DNA of 64,000 nucleotides from Octopus vulgaris (lineage: Eukaryota). The translations under genes were made by a program, and so were the position numbers. Positions 59,177 to 64,000 of the stretch are shown here, piece by piece (positions within the stretch are counted from its first letter, which is position 1; each line of letters begins with the position of its first letter). Under the pieces are notes generated by a model, which was not told where the DNA came from, ran no database searches, and was given only the letters and a program-made list of their open reading frames with translations. The stretch covers positions 44,392,001 through 44,456,000 of the forward strand of contig OX597820.1 in NCBI GenBank assembly GCA_951406725.2, given 5' to 3'.

Positions 59177-59639
59177 TCAGAATGGCTAAGATGGCTGAAA
59201 CCGCGACGTAAAAAATGTGCTTATACATATGCACATCATGTGTTTGTGTATATGCGCGTATGTATGTGAGTGCGCGCGTTTGTGCGTTTGTGTGTTTGTG
59301 TGTGCGTGCGCGCTCGTAGTGAGAAAAAAAGAGAGAGAAGGTCGAAAACCATGGTGAGTGAAAGAGAGTGGGGCAGAGGAGATGGGAGGAAAGGTTGCTG
59401 AGAGAGAAATAAGGGCGTGAAAGGGAGAGAGGGGGAGCAGAGAGAGAGAGTGAGTGAGAGAGAGAGACAAACAGACAGTAAGACGGAGAGAAGGGAGGGA
59501 GGATGATATGAAAATAGAGGGAAGGGGGGAGAAGGTCACTGGTGTTATTGATGTAAATGACTTTTGATCTTGTCATAAAAGATGAGGTTGTTTTTCTTGT
59601 TTTTTTTGTTTTTTTCATAAAAAAAAACAATAAAACGAA

Positions 59640-59815
59640 CCAGATTTGTTGTGTGGAAGGAGAGGGGGGGGTAAGGGCGCCATTAAAAAAAAATTCGATT
59701 AAATTTGAATTTTCAGATTATAATATGCTATAAAAAGAAAATCTGAAAAGAATTAAAATTTGTTGTCCTCAGATCATCTGTAGACTGGCCTGGGTATAAC
59801 TGAGGCTGTTTGTAT

Positions 59816-59850
<35 letters not shown>

Positions 59851-59877
59851 AGAAAGACAGAGAGAGTGTTAGTGTGA

Positions 59878-59909
<32 letters not shown>

Positions 59910-60290
59910 CAAAGGAAAGAGTGCAGGGTGGCGGGGGGTGAACAGAGCGCGTGAGTGGGCTGAAGAGAGAGAGAGTGTGTGTTTGTGTTTATGTGTGAGA
60001 GAGGGGGAGAAGGGCGGAGGAAAATGGAGACAGGATATTTTATTTTTATTTTTTTATGACGGGAAGTAGGGGGGATGTTCTTGTTTTATGCGGTGCTGGC
60101 TGCCCGGTTTATCATATACGCTTTTATGAAATAATTTGCAATTCGTTCTTACACACACACACATACACATACACGGGTGTGTATATGTATATATATATAT
60201 ATATATATGCGAGGGTATGTGTATGTAAGTATGCAATGAATGTGTGAACTTGTGCGCGGAAATATGGCGGTGTACAGTTGTTTTATATAT
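59640..60290. promoter_or_regulatory. possible promoter/enhancer-like island
   Basis: No recognisable TE; GA/G-rich; GGGCGG box ~60012, GGAAGT ~60062, YY1-like AATATGGCGG ~60262 and CGCCATT ~59678. Confidence 0.25.
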
Positions 60291-60925
60291 GTTTATTTAT
60301 ATCACGTTTATTACCTGTATGTGTGCGTATATTTGTGTATGTTAGTACACCGGTTATGACGAGTATTCGTGTCTATGTGTGTGCTTGTGTACGAACGTGC
60401 ATGTACTTGAGTTGGAGACAATACGGTACCATTTGATTTATAAACGTTTATTAGAGTATGTTATCGCCTATCTATATTATTTGCATATTTTGCGAGTATT
60501 TATGCAAGTGAGTATCCATGTGTATATAAATTACTATGAGTGGTTTTTGTGTGAAATTTTCTGTGGATATTTGTCGTATTAACTTCGAGTAGTTACTTCA
60601 AATATGTTGGTATTTGTTGTATATAAGTGTTAACCCGCATTATATAAACGTATGCATGCCTCTGTGTTGGTGACATCGTATGTGTGTTTTTGTATTGATG
60701 CTGTCAATTATTTAGGCCAAATCGGCCATGATCGAGCTCACCGTATCATAAAATATATTCCACCAGTGATCAACCTGAATTTTTTTATTTCCATGTGACA
60801 CGCAGTCGGACTGATCTTACATGGTTCCGTGTTCAGTCTCACTGCGTGGCTCCGTGAACAAGTGTCTTGTCCCGTACAACTAAACACTTGTGGGTGGATT
60901 TAGTGGAAAGAAAGTAAAAGAAGCC

Positions 60926-60985
<60 letters not shown>

Positions 60986-60988
<3 letters not shown>

Positions 60989-61378
60989 TGTATGGTAAGT
61001 AGCTTGTTTACCAACCACATGGTACCGGGTTCAGTCCCACTGCGTGGCACCTTGGGCAAGTGTCTTCTACTATAGCATCGGGCCGACCAAAGTCTTGTGA
61101 GAGGATTTGGTAGACGGAAACTGAAAGAAGCCCGTCGTATATATATGTAAATATATATGTGTGCGTGCATGTTTGTGTTTGTCCCCCTAGCATTGCTTGA
61201 CAACCGATGCTGGTGTGTTTATGTCCCTGTCACTTAGCGGTTCGGTAAAAGAGACCGACAGAATAAGTACTGGGCTTACAAAGAATAAGTCCCGGGGTTG
61301 AGTTGCTCGATTAAACGCGGTGCTCCAGCATGGCCGCAGTCAAATGACTGAAACAAGTAAGAGAGTAAGAGTAAAGAG
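60986..61378 (+). mobile_element. SINE family B, followed by family E on the minus strand (61379-61602)
   Basis: Aligns to other copies. Confidence 0.9.
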
Positions 61379-61839
61379 TATATATACATACATATATGTA
61401 CATACCTACATATATATGCATATATACATGCATATATGGGTACAGGACATAAAAAAAACGTTGAACACAATGAGAAACGAAAACATAGAAAATGAACTTT
61501 ATTTTCGAACAACGAAAAATGCAAACAGAGAAACGAGATATGCTACATAAAGAATATTCCCCTTCATCAGTTGTTCCTGTTTCATCTACTCCACGTTTCG
61601 AATATATATATATATATATATATATTAATACTTTCAGTCATTAGACTGCAGCCATGCTGGGGTAACCACTTGAGGAATTTTTTCTACTAGTCTTTTTTTT
61701 TTCGAACCGTTCTGTTACGGGAACGTAGGCAAACCAACACCGGTTATCAAGCATTGGTGATACAAACACGGGCACAAATACACACACACGCACACACCTA
61801 TATATACATATATCCAAACGCACACATAAAGCATACACA

Positions 61840-61940
<101 letters not shown>

Positions 61941-62068
61941 ATGTGTGCGCGCGCGCGTGTGTATTAATGGTAATAGTAAGACAACAAAAGAATGAAAGAG
62001 ACCTCGATATTATGTAAATAGAGTAATTTATCTGTAATATAATATGTGACAATTATTCGGTCGCCATA

Positions 62069-62127
62069 ATAAGACTCCGAGTTTCGGATGTCGGGGCGGA
62101 AATCTGCTCCGGCATCTCTTCAGTTAT
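62069..62127 (-). ncRNA. type I hammerhead ribozyme (minus strand)
   Basis: Exact reverse complement of 62621-62679. Confidence 0.8.
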
Positions 62128-62620
62128 CGAGGCAATCAAAATATGCTATGAAAAAGACCGATAAACAAAAGGAAATTACAATGTAATTGACCGTTATTAA
62201 GACAAAAGAGCTATTAGAATGACCGTTAAATAAGGGGGAAAAGCCGAAGGGGAGGAAGTAAAGAGTAAAGAAGTAAAAAATGCTCATAGCAATCGCGTAT
62301 CGCGCATGTACATACATACACATGCGCGCTCGCACACCCACGTACGTTTGCCTATATGCATATGCTCACTAACACTCGCATGAAATACATACATGCGCAC
62401 CTATACAAACGCCGATAGCTGCACATATTTATGCAACCATGCATGTACATGTATACATATCCGCACGATTGCTGTGATCATTTTTACTTCTTTACTTTTT
62501 ACTTCCTCCCCTTCGGTTTTTTTCCCATATTTAACGGTCATTACATAGTAATAACGTTCAATTACATAGTAATTTCCCTCTGTTTAACGGTCATTTTTAT
62601 AGCATATTTTGATTGCCTCG

Positions 62621-62679
62621 ATAACTGAAGAGATGCCGGAGCAGATTTCCGCCCCGACATCCGAAACTCGGAGTCTTAT
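62621..62679 (+). ncRNA. type I hammerhead ribozyme, predicted cut after C62675
   Basis: ATAA-CTGAAGA-GATG..30-nt hairpin..CATCc-GAAACT cgg AG-TC-TTAT: intact core, GUC triplet. Confidence 0.8.
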
Positions 62680-62743
62680 TATGGTAACCGAATAATTGTC
62701 ACATATTACATTACATATATGTGTGTGTGTGTATGTGTTCGAA

Positions 62744-62940
62744 AAGAGTTCGTTTCTATGTTTTCGTTTTTATGCTTTTGTTTCTCATTGAGTTCAGCAT
62801 TTTTTTTTTTTTGATGTCCTGTACCCATATATGTATGTATATGTATATATACATGCATATATGGGTACAGGACATAAAAAAAAACGCTGAACTCAATGAG
62901 AAACAAAAGCATAAAAACGAAAACATAGAAACGAACTCTT
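62744..62940. repeat. near-perfect palindrome of two family E ends joined through a TA tract
   Basis: AAGAGTTCGTTTCTATG...CCCATATATG / CATATATGGG...CATAGAAACGAACTCTT, arms ~90 bp. Confidence 0.93.
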
Positions 62941-63011
62941 TGTAGGTATGTACATATATGTATGTATATATGCATATATTTATATTACATATATAAATAC
63001 ACATACATACA

Positions 63012-63043
<32 letters not shown>

Positions 63044-63494
63044 AGAGAGATGACCACTAAGTGGACATTCATTATGCTAGAAGTCGATCCCCTATGGTCT
63101 TACCACTAAGAAAGGAATGATCTCAAGAAAATTTAGCATATATATATATATATATATATATACGATGGGCTTCTTTCAGTTTCCGTCTACCAAATCCACT
63201 CACAAGCCTTTTTGGACGGCCAGATGTCATAGCAGAAGACACTTCCTCAAGGTGCCGCACATTGGTACTAAACACTCGGAACCATGTAAATGGGAAGCAA
63301 ATGTCCAACCACACAGCCACGCCTACGCCTACGAGTGTGTGTACGCGTGCGCGCGCATGTGTGTGTGTCTTTATCTTTACCTTTCGGTTCGTTGAACGCG
63401 CAGATGCATTCTTCCGCTCTTCGTTGTTAGCATTTAATCAAAATTCTTTCTTTTTTTTACCTGTAATATAATAAAATAGTACATTGTACTATTT

Positions 63495-63931
63495 TCTCTT
63501 TTACTCTTTTACTTGTTTCAGTCATTTGACTGCGGCCATGCTGGAGCACCGCCTTTAATCGAGCAACTCGACCCCGGGACTTATTCTTTGTAAGCCTAGT
63601 ACTTATTCTATCGGTCTCTTTTGCCGAACCGCTAAGTGTCGGGGACATAAACACACCAGCATCGGTTGTCAAGCAATGATAGGGGGACAAACACAGACAC
63701 ACAAACATACATGCACACATATATATATATATATATATATACATATATATGACGGGCTTCTTTCAGTTTCCGTCTACCAAATCCACTCACAAGGCTTTGG
63801 TCGGCCCGAGGCTATAGTAAAAGACACTTACCCAAGGTGCCCCGCAGTGGGACTGAACCGGAACCATGTGGTTGATATACAAGCTACTTACCACACAGCC
63901 ACTCCTGCGCCTATAGCCACTCCTGCGCCTA
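63495..63931 (-). mobile_element. SINE family B with 18-bp tandem duplication of its 5' end
   Basis: Full-length copy; AGCCACTCCTGCGCCTA at 63897 and 63915. Confidence 0.93.
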
Positions 63932-64000
63932 TTATATTAATTTTTTTTTATTTTGTCTTGTTTCGCTTTATTTTCATTGTAGTTTACTACTGTTTTATTT

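Larger units (their letters stand above)
62033..62715. mobile_element. non-coding foldback element with ~265-bp inverted arms, Penelope-like
   Basis: TGTAAT.TAATATGTGACAATTATTCGG... is inverted at ...CCGAATAATTGTCACATATTACATTACA; lies between TA/TG tracts. Confidence 0.92.

Overview
AT-rich, microsatellite-saturated animal DNA with no convincing intact host gene. Almost all ORFs in the supplied track are read-throughs of simple repeats. The tRNA-derived SINE families, the LINE mix and the microsatellite density point to a coleoid cephalopod, most likely Octopus (inferred, not checked by search). Recognisable content: (1) a 5'-truncated, frameshifted CR1-group LINE at 7472-9500 plus two further 3' ends; (2) RTE, Tx1/L1 and R4/Dong-type LINE fragments; (3) a Tc1 element with both TIRs, a deleted mariner, a MITE and Helitron ends; (4) at least four SINE families. 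The main signal the ORF track does not explain is a set of eight type I hammerhead-ribozyme motifs (CTGANGA...GAAA...NTH). Their stems differ in sequence but still base-pair. Most sit in non-coding, often foldback, Penelope-like elements beside (TA)n tracts, including a ~680-bp foldback at 62033-62715 with one hammerhead on each strand. Other points: apparent microsatellite-specific targeting by different retroelement clades, a 3' tail shared by a SINE and a LINE, and a SINE that multimerises through a fixed AG|GT junction. A weak three-exon candidate gene end lies at 20812-23767.
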